This document shows positions 36,788-48,825 of a stretch of 64,000 bases of DNA, in pieces (the stretch's first letter is position 1; each line of letters starts with the position of its first letter). A model generated the notes under the pieces. It saw nothing but the letters and a program-made list of their open reading frames with translations. It was not told the DNA's origin and did no database searches. The translations under genes were made by a program, and so were the position numbers. The DNA comes from Felis catus (taxonomy: Eukaryota), in NCBI RefSeq assembly GCF_018350175.1, contig NC_058368.1:236966001-237030000 (forward strand), in the 5' to 3' direction.

Positions 36788-39700
36788 TTTAATTTCAATG
36801 TGCGTGTATGGATATGCTTATGTGTGTGTATAGGCACACTGACATTAAAAGCTTCTTGATGAGAAAAAAAAACACCATAAATGGACAAAAAAAAATGGCC
36901 CCATACAACCTCATCACCAGTTACGGAAATGGAATCCAAACAGGGAAGCATCCCATACGCCACCCATGTGACTGCCATATGACAACACGTCCGGTCACAG
37001 CCGGGATGAGGGCCAGTGGCGGGGGGGGGGGAGCCAGTGCCCCCCTCTGCCCTGTCCCCCTCCAGCTGCCCTCAGGCACCAGGGCCCCCTGCAACCCCAC
37101 CTCGGGGTTGGGGACACAACCACTCATCCAGCTTTGTCCCCTTGCCTACCGAAGCCATCCTTGCTTAACTTGTACATGTTTTTTTTTTTTTTTTTTCCAG
37201 AAGGCCTGTGCAGCCAAGCATGTTTTGCCAGTGATTTTGTGGCCCGCAGGAAAGTCTCAGTGAAAGAGGGTGGAAAAGTAAGAAAAGGAAGGACTGAGAC
37301 ATACCGAAACACTTAAAGAAACGCAGGTACCTTTGTGGAAAGGTGGGGTCCGGAGGAGAGACCGGGATCAGGAATGAACAGCCGCAGAGTCCAGGGCTGG
37401 TGGGTTCGCTGCCTCCCCAGGGGACAAGCAGATTCCTAGATGTGCCCCCGGAGGCTCTACAGCCGCCCTCCTGCGTCAGAAGCAGGGCAGCGAGTGGCTC
37501 CAGAGCACTGGTTTCGGCAGCGTCTTTGGTGAGACTAGAAAGGGCTTTCTGTTGGGGCTGTTCAAGCTGGTGGGGAGGTCAGAGCATGAAGGGAGTCCCG
37601 AGGGGCGACGGCGTGGCGTTCCGTGCGCAGCGGGCTCGGTGTGGTTCAGAAGGTCTGTGTTTTGAGAGCCCCTTTCGAGTCTATCAATTCGGCAATCAAT
37701 TACGTTCTGCTTATTTTAATATCGTGATGATGTTCCTTAATTACCTGTCACTTTGTAGGTGCTACAGATGCGGGGGGGTCATCTGGGTAAACCCCTGGCG
37801 GTTTCAGGGTCTCTCAGTTCCTGACTTGCAAATCCCATGCCGCCGGGGAATGAGGGTGTTTGTGGAGAGACCCCCTCCCTTCCCACCTCTGTCTCCATCT
37901 CTGCTTTGCTCCTTTCCCCAGGGGACAGACGCTGCTCTTTGGTGGCCCCTGTGCCTGGACTCCCCACTAGATCCCTTAGACGCGATCCCAGGGTGCCGCC
38001 CCCACGGCTCCCCCAACTGCCCCCCCGTTCCCGCTCTGTGCCGTGACACGTCCCCTCCTCGGGCAGGTGAGGTGCCGCCCGGGGCTCCCAGGCTCACGTG
38101 GGCTCGAGAGCCACGTCCCCCCCAAGCCAAGGATGTGCCGGCAGCTCCTGGCGAAGGGCTCTCATCTCATCAGATGCCCTCCAATGAGATCGCCAAGTCA
38201 CCCCGGCGTGTCTGTGACTCGGGGACGGAAAATCCCACCCCACAGAGCAGGGGGGGCAGGGGGCGCGGGATCACGTTGCAGGCGCCGCATCGAGACCGAG
38301 CGCCGAGTCTCGCGTGCCCTCCACACCCCGCGCTCCCCCGGAACACAGAGCCGCTTAGGACCACCCCTGCTCAGCAAGCCAGACCAAAACTGCTGACGGC
38401 TCACAATCCTGGCAGGACGCGTGACAACAGGTAAACGTATCCGGGCTGGGAACTGGATCTCGTGACCTTGTGTCTCAGAGAGGTCAGAGAGTACGGTAGA
38501 GAGGAAGGGCGAAACACAGCAGAACCCACTCGGGAGCGCGTCCGGGGAGGGAGAGGGCTGGGCTCTCGGGGCACGTGCAGAAATGTGAGCCGCGGGGCGG
38601 GCGGGGGGGGGGGGGGCTCTTTGCTGCTCTCCAGTCCCAGATGCTAGTCCCCAGCCCGGCTGCTTTGACCTTGAGAGGTCAGCTCCCCAGTGTCACCTCT
38701 TGGGTCTCAGGCTGGGAACCTCAACTGGCACCGATGATCACCGGCGAGGTGGGTAACGTGCACGGGCCGGGGTCCCCTGGTGCCCAGCCAGTGAAAGGGA
38801 CACCCCGTGGGGTGGGGCTCTGTGAACCCTGCCCCCCCCCTTGCACACCTTTCCTAGAGACACATGCATGTCCTTCAGGATAGGACTCGGAGCCCCACTT
38901 GTCTGCTCCCGTTGGCATATTCTTCCTTTTCCAGGAGCCCTTGCCACATGCTTTCTCCACATAAATCTCTGCTCACCTACCAGCCTTCACGTTCTTCCAG
39001 AGCCGTGGCCGAGAGTAAGGGCTGCCAGTGTGGCTCCAGGCTGGGCAGCCTGGCTCTGTGCCCTCATGTCCACACGGGATCGCTGGCTGGCCCTGGGCAC
39101 GTCCCCTCTCTGTTCAGGTATCTTATCATAAACACACCTGAGTACCGCACCTGTCAGAGGGTCTTACGATGAGTGATTTGACTCTTTTTGGCAAAGTCCC
39201 CAGAACAGTGACAGACACACACATCTACAGACACAAGCCACTCATTAGTGGGACGGAGCTTGGCGTCTTCCTGTTCCTGTGGCCCCAGGGCCATGCACAA
39301 TGACGTGCACAGTCTAGAAGCACCACATTGTGCCCTGGTCTCTCACCATCTTCCAGATCAGGGTCAGGGCCGGACCCGATGCCATGGAGAGGCTTCAGGG
39401 GGGCCCGTGGGGTCGCTGCCCAGCCCGGCTGGAGCACAGTATGCTGGTCAGCTCTTGCACCCCCTCAAGTCTCTGGGCCCCACTGGCTCTAATTCCCTCA
39501 AGCCCTGTGGCCTCTGGTCCACAAAGCCTCGGCCCAGAATTGTGGCCTGTGGCTGCCTGTACCCCTGGGGACGAAGAGATGTTCTCCTCCCGTGGAGGAG
39601 CATTTGGCCAACGGGGAGCAGGCTGAGTGGATCCACTCTCCGTTCCCCTCACCCCACCCCAAGTCTGGGTCGTCAGGCTCCTTGCGGAAGACCCTGCAGG

Positions 39701-40171
39701 GTTGACGTGCCATTGCAGTCAGCGCGGACCCGCTCCACAAGGCACGGTCCCTCTTGCTCCCCGGGCACTCCGTCCGGACTCTGCTCTCTGGAGAGCCTGG
39801 GCTTCAACAGGCCTGATGCATCCTTCTGAGGTCAAGTAAGCACAGAGCAGTTGATCCTGTTGGCTCTGGCTTCTCGGAAGAGACGGGTGTAAGCTGCGCA
39901 CAAGCCTAAGGAATGTGTGCGGTACGAATGCGCTCCTTGCGCGGCTCAAGGCCCACTGGGTGACCGCTGTCCTCGGGGAGGAGGTGTGAGCCCTCGTGCT
40001 GGGGCTCCAGGGTCCAGCCTCCCCAGGAAGCCTCGAGGCCTGACCGAGGGGCAGGGGCAGCGTGGAGGGGCTTCCTCTGGGGACTGGTCAGGAAGGCGTG
40101 GCTTGGGGACTGTCCATCTCCATCGTGTGCTTTGGTGTCATCTTGGTTTAGGACTCTAAGCTGGTCATGGA

Positions 40172-40616
40172 TGCTGCATCAGCTTCCTGGCACAGGGGTA
40201 GCAGAGTATTGCACACTGAGGGCATTAAAGCGAAGGAAGTTTGTTCTTTCACATTTCTGGAAACTGAAAGTGTGAAATCCCAGTGTCAGCAGGGCCACAT
40301 GCATCCAGAGGCTCTAGGGACAACCCGTCACAGCAATCCCAGCCTCCTGCGTGCCAGCTGCTCTGGGGTTTATGGCCCTGTCACTGCTGCCTCTGCTTCC
40401 ACCTTCTCCCGGTCTCTCTCCCTCTGCGTCTCTCTGTGTCTCAGGTCTCTCTCTCCGTTCTCTCGTAAGGACGCCTGTCACTGCATGTAGGGTCCACCTG
40501 GATAATCCAGGATGTCCTTATGTCCTTAACCCCATCTGCAAAGACCCCTTTTCCAGATAAGGTCCTATTCCCAGGTTCCTCTGGCTAAGACTTGGTCGCC
40601 ACTCAATCCACTACAG
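40172..40616 (-). mobile_element. MLT1C/D-like MaLR solo LTR
   Basis: GTGTCAGCAGGGCCAC, GAGGCTCTAGGGA, GGATAATCCAGGATG, CATCTGCAAAGACCCCTTTTCCAGATAAGGTC; ends CCACTACA. Confidence 0.88.
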
Positions 40617-41264
40617 ATGTCTTTGGAGCCACGGAGGAAATGGGCTAAATTTGAGCAAAGTGTGTTATGGAGAGTTCGGGAGACACCTGTAAGCTGTAGC
40701 TTGGCCCCTTTGGCCCCAGAAAGCACATGATTAGAAGCCATAGAAATATGGAAGAAGAAGGAGGCAGAATAATTCTTCACAAGGTTTTAGTGATTTATTT
40801 AATTTTTGTACAAAATTCTATTGAGTATTTTGCCAAGCCTTATTTTTTATTTTTGATGAGTGTAATAGAGGCTTAGCATAAATCACGGTGCGTACTGGTG
40901 CGATTTGCTGATTTTGCAGAGCCGGTGAGCTTGGCGTTCACAGAATTTTGATTGTTTTTGGAGCTACATTTACTTTATCGCTTCAAACGAGCAGAAAAAG
41001 CAAAGTCCTAGTATCAAGCAATGTGCTTTTGTGACTAGAAAGGACCTGTCTTCACGGAGTCCTTGCAGAGCCCTCGGCTGGCTGTCCCACTACCCAGGGG
41101 CTGGTGAGCCCTGCCCTCTGTCGAATGACTCCTTATGGACAGGGAGTTGAAGGGGGAATCGTGTGGGAGATGTGGGTGGAGAGTAGGTCGCTCTGGCTTC
41201 CGGAGACACAGGTGGGTGGTTTTCAGGTTTTCACTGAAGAATGCTGGACTTTGAAACCTTACAA

Positions 41265-41443
41265 TTTTTTTTTTAATGTTTATTCATTTTCGAGAGAGAC
41301 AGAGAGGCAGAGCATGAACGGGGAAGGGGCAGAGAGAGAGGGAGACACAGAATCCGAGGCAGGTTCCAGGCTCCGAGCTGGGGCTCGAACTCGTGACCTG
41401 AGCCCAAGGTGGACGCGTAACTGACCGAACCACCCAGGTGCCC
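41265..41443 (-). mobile_element. Can-SINE with two internal deletions
   Basis: Shortened reverse-complement SINEC; flanking GGACTTTGAAA repeat. Confidence 0.9.
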
Positions 41444-41669
41444 TGAGGACTTTGAAATATTCTAAAGCAGAGAAGAGTCAGATGCAGATGAGAAGAGAAG
41501 AGAGAGAAGACATTTCAGTTGTGGGGATGTATTTTGGTTTGAATTTATTCCCACAAAATCCGTGTGCCGACATCCTTTTTGGAAACAGGGTGATCGCAAA
41601 GGGTAAGTCATGAAGAGGCCATCCTGGAGAAGGTGGAATTGTCTGCCAAAAAATAGGAAACACAGGGGA

Positions 41670-43270
41670 CAGAATCAAGGAGATCTAAATAAGTGGGAGA
41701 TAATGCACACTCGAGGATTGAAAAACTCGATGTGGTAATGATGTCAGTGCTCTCCAAATTGATACACAGGTTAAGATGTTTTGTGTAAACGTGGACAATA
41801 TTTTTCTAAGACCTAATGAAAGTCCAAGGAAATAGAGTAGCTAGAATAACTGTCAAAAAAAAACAGAGCAAAACACTCTGCCCTATTTGAAGGCTTCCTC
41901 CTCACCAAGACCAGGTGATATCCATGGAGAGGCAGAGACAAAATTTATGACACAAACGAGGAGAGCCCCGAGAAAGCCCCACACACGTTCAGCCAGTTGG
42001 TTCTGGACAAAGTTGCAGACACAATTCCATGGAGGAAGGACAATCCCCCACAAAACTCGGCGCAATCCCCCACAAAACTGCCCGTCGATTTGTACGCTGC
42101 AGGGACTGGGCTTGGTGGAAAGTTCTCAGGCATGGTCGAAAGCCCAGTTCGTACAAGGAGAAACTCAATCCCCTGGACGTCATCAGAATGAAACATCCCC
42201 GTCTCTGGTGAAGCGTGAGAACACACGCACTGCAGGCAGGGGACACGTGTGCACAGCACTGGCCTGGAAAGGACGCCTAGGCAGAAAACACAACGGATTC
42301 TCCAAACGCAACAAGTCAGGAACAAGTGATCCAACGGGAAAATAGGCCAAAGCGTGAAAAGAGGTTTCCCTGGGAGTGGGACGCGGGGCGAAGGGGTACA
42401 TGGGAACGGGCCGGCTGTCGCTGGCCATGAGGGGTATCGGGATCTGCCCCTCATCGATGGTGACATCCATCATGACGGCCACGCCCGCAGCGAGGACCGC
42501 GAGACGCAGGTGGTGGCGGGAACGTGAAATGGGACGGCCATTCTGGAAAACGGCGGGACAGTTTCCCAAAGCACAAAACCCCCACACTGACCAAAACACC
42601 ACTTCCAGCACAACCCAGCAACAGAATCCCCGGGCACCTAGCCCAGAGAAAAGAAAACGTACAGCTGTGCACAAAGCTGTGCGGGGTTGGGCGAAGCAGC
42701 CTCACCTGTGGTAGTTTCAGACTGTATGCAGCTCGCACGTCCCTCGGCGAGTGGATGGTTTGATGCCTGAGTCCGTCCTTTCCGGGCGTCCTGGAACACG
42801 GGTCAGCAGTACCAAGAAAGACATCTCCATACACACAGCCGCTTGCACGGACCCCCAGGGTGCCATGCGGAAGGCGGACGAGCCATCTGAAAAGGTAGCA
42901 TATCGTATGACGTTCTTGCCATTACGCAATGATACGTGGAAACCCAGGAGCGGCTCTTGAGATTTAGGGGGTGCGCGACTGCAGAGGGAGGTGTGAGGGA
43001 GCCACCTGGGGTACTGTCTCAGGCCTGTGTCCCCAGGGTGCCGTGGTCACAGACATCCACCCCCGTGATGGGGACACACGCACCATGCACATTCACTGCA
43101 TCCACGCCAAATTCCCAGCTTTGAAATTGCATCATTAGGTGACACGCAGTCACTGGGGACCTGGGGGAAGGGTCCAGAGCACTCCACTGTTTTTGCAACT
43201 TCCTGGGAGGGGGCGTTCTCTAATCCCCCTAGGGATTTCAAAATAACAAGTTAAGAACAGAAAAAAAAAA
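41670..43270 (+). mobile_element. Old LINE-1 3' part (L1MC/L1MD-like), GC-shifted
   Basis: GATCTAAATAAGTGGGAGA..GATGTCAGTGCTCTCCAAATTGAT (ORF2); 3' end GGGGAAGGGTCCAGAGCACTCCACTGTTTTTGCAACTTCCTG..TTCAAAATAACAAGTT plus poly(A). Confidence 0.82.
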
Positions 43271-43299
43271 TAGAAGCTAAAATAAATGCATTTAAAAGG

Positions 43300-43514
43300 T
43301 TTTTTTTTTAATGTTTTTATTTATTTTTGAGACAGAGGGAGACAGAACATGAGCAGGGGAGGGGCAGACAGAGGGGGAGACACAGAATCGGAAGCAGGCT
43401 CCCGGCTCTGAGCCGTGAGCACAGAGCCTGACGTGGGGCTTGAACCCACGGACTGTGAGATCATGACCTGAGCCGAAGTCTGATGCCCAACCGACTGAGC
43501 CACCCAGGCGCCCC
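43300..43514 (-). mobile_element. Can-SINE
   Basis: TSD TAAAATAAATGCATTTAAAA (43278-43297, 43515-43534). Confidence 0.97.
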
Positions 43515-43547
43515 TAAAATAAATGCATTTAAAAATGAAAGGAAAAG

Positions 43548-43772
43548 GCATGTCCGGGTGACTAAGTCCGTTAAGTGTCTGACTCTTGATTTCAGCTCGG
43601 GTCATGATCTCACGGTTCGTGAATTCAAGGCCCGCATCGGGCTCTGTGCTGGTGGCATATATTCTCTCTTGGGACTCTCTCTCTCTCTCTCTCTCTCTCT
43701 GCCCCTCCCCAGATCTCTCTCTTTCTCAAAATAAATGAATAAACATTTTTTTAAATTAAAAATAAATAAAAG
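43548..43772 (+). mobile_element. Can-SINE (older copy)
   Basis: TSD AAAAATGAAAGGAAAA (43531-43546, 43773-43788). Confidence 0.93.
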
Positions 43773-44900
43773 AAAAATGAAAGGAAAAAAGACATCGAGC
43801 CCTCTTTCTCAACACACAGACCTCAAGCACGTGATGTCGAGTCGCAGAATAGATGGCAGGCGGGGAATGTGTGTGCACGTGTCATATAAAGCGCACAAGC
43901 TATGCTATATGAAGTCACTGGCTCAGCCTAAGTAGGGAGGCTCGGAACTGTGCACGGGGATGGTCAACACTGCATTCAGAGTGGAAAGGAAGAGGCACCA
44001 AGAGGGAGTCCGACGTCATCCCCAAGAATTTTACTTCTTTAGAAACCGTGGACCAAGTATAGAGAACAGAGAGCCTTTGGAAGGTGGTCGATGGAAGCCT
44101 CGCTTCTATTTCGCTGTGCACTTTGCTGTAAACTTATTTTATAAATACTGAGAAAGAGCCCCCGGGCCAGTGACGGGCAGGCAGGGGAGGCGGGGGCGGC
44201 AGGGCCCTGATGCAAGCGGAGCAGGAGAGGGCCCCACGCCAGCCCGAGGCGGCTCTGATGGAGGTGACACACGGAGAGAGGGGCCAGCGCGCTGAGCTGC
44301 CGACTTAACTGCACTTGGCTTTGAAATTGAATGATAGATTTAGAGTGATTTCTGATTCAATCAGAAGAGGCAAGTGTGGATATTGTGTGGGTTTAGTAAG
44401 AGAAACAGAGGGCACGTCTCTCCCTGCAGGCTGCGGCCCCTGGTGACAAGGGAAGAGGGAGACACGGCTTTGTTGCCGGGCCTGAGTCAGGGCCATTCTG
44501 GAGTCAACGGCTGGGCGTGAGCAGGGCACGGAGCTGGGGACGCCAGCCGCCTGTCGTCGAGGGCTCGGCCCCACTGCCCGAAATGCCCCACAAAGTGTAC
44601 AATGTGCCGTCTCTGGGACCTGTTCTCAGGGCCTTTTCCTTCCTATCTTCACTCTGACGTTTGGAATTGGGGACCCCAAACTTGAGGGCCCCTTGATGCT
44701 ATGCCTCTACAACACAGCCTTAGCCCGAGGTACATTTGTGGCCCACAAACAGTGTTCCCCTGTCCCCTAGCAGAGGGGTCTCCCCGGCTTCTGTCGCTAC
44801 ACATTAGGTTGGTCCACCCCGTGGACCATTTGGTCCACGCCATTGGGTAGGGATCACATTTGGTCCTTTTAACAAAGTGATTTTTTTGTTTTTTAAAACA

Positions 44901-44919
44901 TTTTTAATGTTTATTTACT

Positions 44920-44955
<36 letters not shown>

Positions 44956-45121
44956 TGCGAGTAGGGAGGGGCGGAGAGAGAGGGAGACACAGAATCCGAA
45001 GCAGGCTCCAGGCTCCGAGCTGTCAGCACACAGCCCGACGTGGGGCTCGAACTCACGAACCGTGAGATCGTGACCCGAGCCGAAGTCGGACACTCAACCG
45101 CCTGAGCCGCCCAGGCGCCCC
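44901..45121 (-). mobile_element. Can-SINE (SINEC_Fc)
   Basis: Full-length reverse-complement SINEC with (GA)n. Confidence 0.96.
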
Positions 45122-45167
45122 GCGATTTTCTGTTTTTTGAAATCATGGCCTGTTGGCTGCCGGTGGC

Positions 45168-45515
45168 TGCAGACCTTTGAATGTGTGCGTCCCCACTAAA
45201 TCCGTGTGCTGGAATCCTAACCCCAAGGTGGCGTGTTAGCAAGTGGAGCCCCGGGAGGGGACGAGGTCACGGGGCTGGGGCCCTCGAAAGTTGAAATTGC
45301 CCCTTTTTATTAGAGTCACTTGTCCCTTCTGCTACGTGAGGACACAGTGAGAAGACAGCCCTCCATGAAGCAGGAAGGGGGGCCCCACCAGACGCCGAAG
45401 CCGCCAGCACCTTGCTGTTGGAGGCTGAGCCTCCAGAACCTGGGAAATAAGCTTCTGCTGGTCCTCAGCCACCCGGCCGGCGGTGTTAAGGCCGTCCTGC
45501 CAGACTCAGACCACA
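45168..45515 (+). mobile_element. MLT1A-like MaLR solo LTR
   Basis: TGAATGTGTGCGTCCCC..AATCCTAACCCCAAGGTG..GTGAGGACACAGTGAGAAGACAGCC..AGCCTCCAGAAC..GAAATAA. Confidence 0.85.
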
Positions 45516-46063
45516 GCACCGGAAAGATCCTTGATTTCAGCTCCCCGCGTTCACAGAGCAAGGAGCCGAGCCTCTCCCCCAGGAGGGCCACACTCCCGAT
45601 CTTCCGGGTCTCCTACACGGCCGCCCGCCCTGCGTCTCCTGCAGGGACACTCCCCAGCACCCTCATAGGGTCCAGCAAGACCCTGAGCAGCCCGTCCAGG
45701 GGACAGTTTGGCTTAGACCTCAACAGTGGGATAGAACTCACTGTAAAAGTGAAAACAAATTTGTTGGCAATAATTTACGGTTAGAAACCATTTGATTGAA
45801 AAACAGAGTTCACTGCCCGCTATGGCCACTTCTGCAAACTGATGCCAACGATGTGCTTTTCAAACACTGGGCGTGGGAGGCCCCCGCCCAACAGCCCTTG
45901 AGATCCGAAGTGCCGGGACACCCACAGAGGAAGCACAGACAGGGTCCTGCCCCAGCTGCCCGGGGACACGACCGCAGCCCTCCAGCTCCGTGATTCCAGC
46001 CTGAGAGCCACCCGCAGCCGGGCCCAGCAGAGTGGCACCTGTCTACAGAAACAGAGGCAGACA

Positions 46064-46275
46064 GGGGCGCCTGGGTGGCTCAGTCAGTTAAGTGTCTGAC
46101 TCTTGGTTTCAGCCCAGGTCCTGGTCTCACAGCTCGTGAGCCCCTAGTCAGGCTCCACGCTGTCAGGGTGGAACCGGCTTTGCATTCTGTCTCCCCGTCT
46201 GCCCCTAACCTGCTCATGCACACGCGAGCTCTCTCTCTCTCTAAAAGAAATAAATAAACTTAAAAAAGAAAAGAA
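46064..46275 (+). mobile_element. Can-SINE
   Basis: GGGGCGCCTGGGTGGCTCAGTCAGTTAAG head, (CT)n and A tail. Confidence 0.94.
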
Positions 46276-48314
46276 ACTGAGACAGTAGATGTTCATTACT
46301 TCAAGTCACTAGACTTGGGAGTCGCTGTTGGCAGTAATTGGGAGTAGCTTTGTAAGAACGAAGTACAAAAGTGAAATGTAAGTATATACCTTAAAATCTT
46401 TCTTACCTCTCTCGCTAAACTCACTCACGACTTTCCCTGGCCAGAATAACTCATGAGAAAATTACCCGATTCTATAGGAAGCCTCCTCCCTCTGTGACCT
46501 CATCCCTACACTGGATATTAAGACAACTCCCGTCTTTGAATGAAAGAAACACTCAAATTGATTCTCAGGCAGCAAAGGCACCTGCTGAAGTATGTTCCTG
46601 GGCGGCTTTGTCAAAAATCACAGGGGCGGATTTGATTTGCTGGGCAGCCTCCAGTCCGCCTGATGTCGGAGATGTGATGTTTAAGTATTTTATGTACACC
46701 CAGAGGCCCTTTTCTGAATTACAGAGTTTTTGCAAACACTGAAATAAATACACAGAAATGCCGAAAAAAAAAAAAAAAAACTAAAGAAAACATTTCCACC
46801 TCCCGCAGTTCGCTTTCAACTTGCTGCTGGGCTGAGCTGAACAAGCAGGCAGACGTACATGCAGTGGCCCCCGCACAACCCAGTCTGCAGGGCTGAGCGC
46901 TTCTTATCAAAAGGTGTGCAAAGGATTCTGGGCAGTAGATCAAGCGGCTGGAGTTTGACAATCTGACTTTGCTCGTTTAAGCCACCATGAACTAGATGTA
47001 AACAAAGAAGCCTATGGGAGAGAAAGCGGCTTGTTTTTTACAGCTGGGCGTCTGCGGAGACTCAAAGTGGCCGGGAGGCAGTGACCACTGTGTCCCCATT
47101 GGCTGTCCACGGACTCACCCCGAAGGCGAGCACGCGGCGGCGCCCAGGTCTGGTTTCGGGGTTCCGAACCCGAAGGAGCGTCCTTCCTGTGGCTGCTGGG
47201 GACCCAGCTCCCCGCCCCAGCCTGCTAGGGAAGGGGCCACGGGGTGGGGGTGGGGGGTGGAACCACGCACCTTGTCTGGCAGAAGACCAGTAAAGAAGCC
47301 GCAGCCCCGAAGAGGGGGGGGGGGCAGGGTTCACAGCTCTCAGCTCGGTGGTAACTCTTGTGTGAGTCCCCAGAAGCCGACCCGAGACAGGGGCTCGGTG
47401 CAAGTCGTGGGTGAGGACCACAGGAGAGGAAGGGGTGCGGGGCTGGGGGAGGGAGCCGGCGCGGGGACCAACAGGCAGGTTCCCAGCGCGGACGCCCTTA
47501 TCTCGGTCCCACGGGGAGGGCCTGGGGCACAGTGCGCACCACGCGCACACACACCGTGGAAGACACAGGGTGGCGCCCCGGGAACCACTCCTCCTGTGCC
47601 TCCAGCCTGATCCTCAAGCGGGGCCAGCGTGCTGCCAGGCCGGAGACAGACCTCGGGCGCAGAGTGAGGGCTTAAAGCTCTCAAGGCTTACAGAAAGAGT
47701 GACGCCCGGGGGGAAATCACAGCATTGGCCACCTGGCTCGTGGCCAAAAGTCTAACCAGGGTTCTTTCTTCATTCTGCTCAGCCATCTAAGCCTGGGGGC
47801 GCCAGGAGAGGTCACAGTGTTCCCGCCACCCAGACAGCCCAGCGAGAGAAGCCTCCGAAGGGGGCGAGGGCTGGGGATGGATGGGGCATAACGGAGCCGC
47901 ACGGGCAGCCCCTGGGAGGCCGTCGTGTTGCCCACTGCACGCCTCCTACTGGCCGTGCGACGCCCCCACACAGTAGGCGCTCAATGCGTGTTTGTGCCAT
48001 GGAAGAGGAGACAATGGGCACAGAGAAGGCTGGCTCCTGTCCGGCAGGGTGGTGATGGGCAGCAGCCCCACGAAGGGCGGTCACCACCTGTGGGTGCTCT
48101 GCGGGAAACGGGGTTGGGGACCCTGAGTCCTGGCGGCTCCCGCGGGGCTGTCCTGAGGTTTGCCATCGCGACTGTGAAGCATCTTCCTCCATTGGATCCG
48201 CGATGGAAAGACCCCTGGGAATCAGGGCTTGCTTGCTTGTGACGTTTAGGAAAACCCCGACGTAAGTAACGTTTCTGTTTGCTGGACGACTTTGGAGAGT
48301 GACAGTTTAATTTT

Positions 48315-48543
48315 ATTTTTTTAATTTTGTTTGAATGTTTATTTTTGAGAGAGAAAGAAAGAGAGAGAGAGACAGAGTATGAGCAGGGGAGGGGCAGAGA
48401 GAGAGGGAGACACAGAATCGGAAGCAGGCTCCAGCCTCCGAGCCATCAGCCCAGAGCCTGACGCGGGGCTCGAACTCACAAACCGCGAGATCATGACCTG
48501 GCTGAAGTCGGACGTTTAACCGACTGCGCCACCCAGGTGCCCC
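48315..48543 (-). mobile_element. SINEC_Fc
   Basis: TSD GTGACAG(T/C)TTAATTTT (48299-48314, 48544-48559). Confidence 0.97.
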
Positions 48544-48604
48544 GTGACAGCTTAATTTTAAACAAAAAAATCAGAGTCCAACACGCATCTGTGTCGCCCT
48601 TTTT

Positions 48605-48825
48605 TTTTTTAATTTTTTTTTTCAACGTTTATTTATTTTTGGGACAGAGAGAGACAGAGCATGAACGGGGGAGGGGCAGAGAGAGAGGGAGACACAGAAT
48701 CGGAAACAGGCTCCAGGCTCCGAGCCATCAGCCCAGAGCCCGACGCGGGGCTCGAACTCCCGGACCGCGAGATCGTGACCTGGCTGAAGTCGGACGCTTA
48801 ACCGACTGCGCCACCCAGGCGCCCC
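48605..48825 (-). mobile_element. Young SINEC_Fc
   Basis: TSD TGTGTCGCCCTTTTT (48590-48604, 48826-48840); about 5 substitutions from the copy at 33386. Confidence 0.98.

Noticed and set aside
37343..38434. Longest ORF (363 aa, + strand)
   Set aside because: Non-ATG start, Pro/Arg/Gly-rich composition with no recognisable domain; long stop-free frames are expected in very GC-rich DNA
42041..42079. 17-bp direct repeat CAATCCCCCACAAAACT with a 5-bp spacer
   Set aside because: Small slippage-type duplication inside a dead L1 with no sign of function
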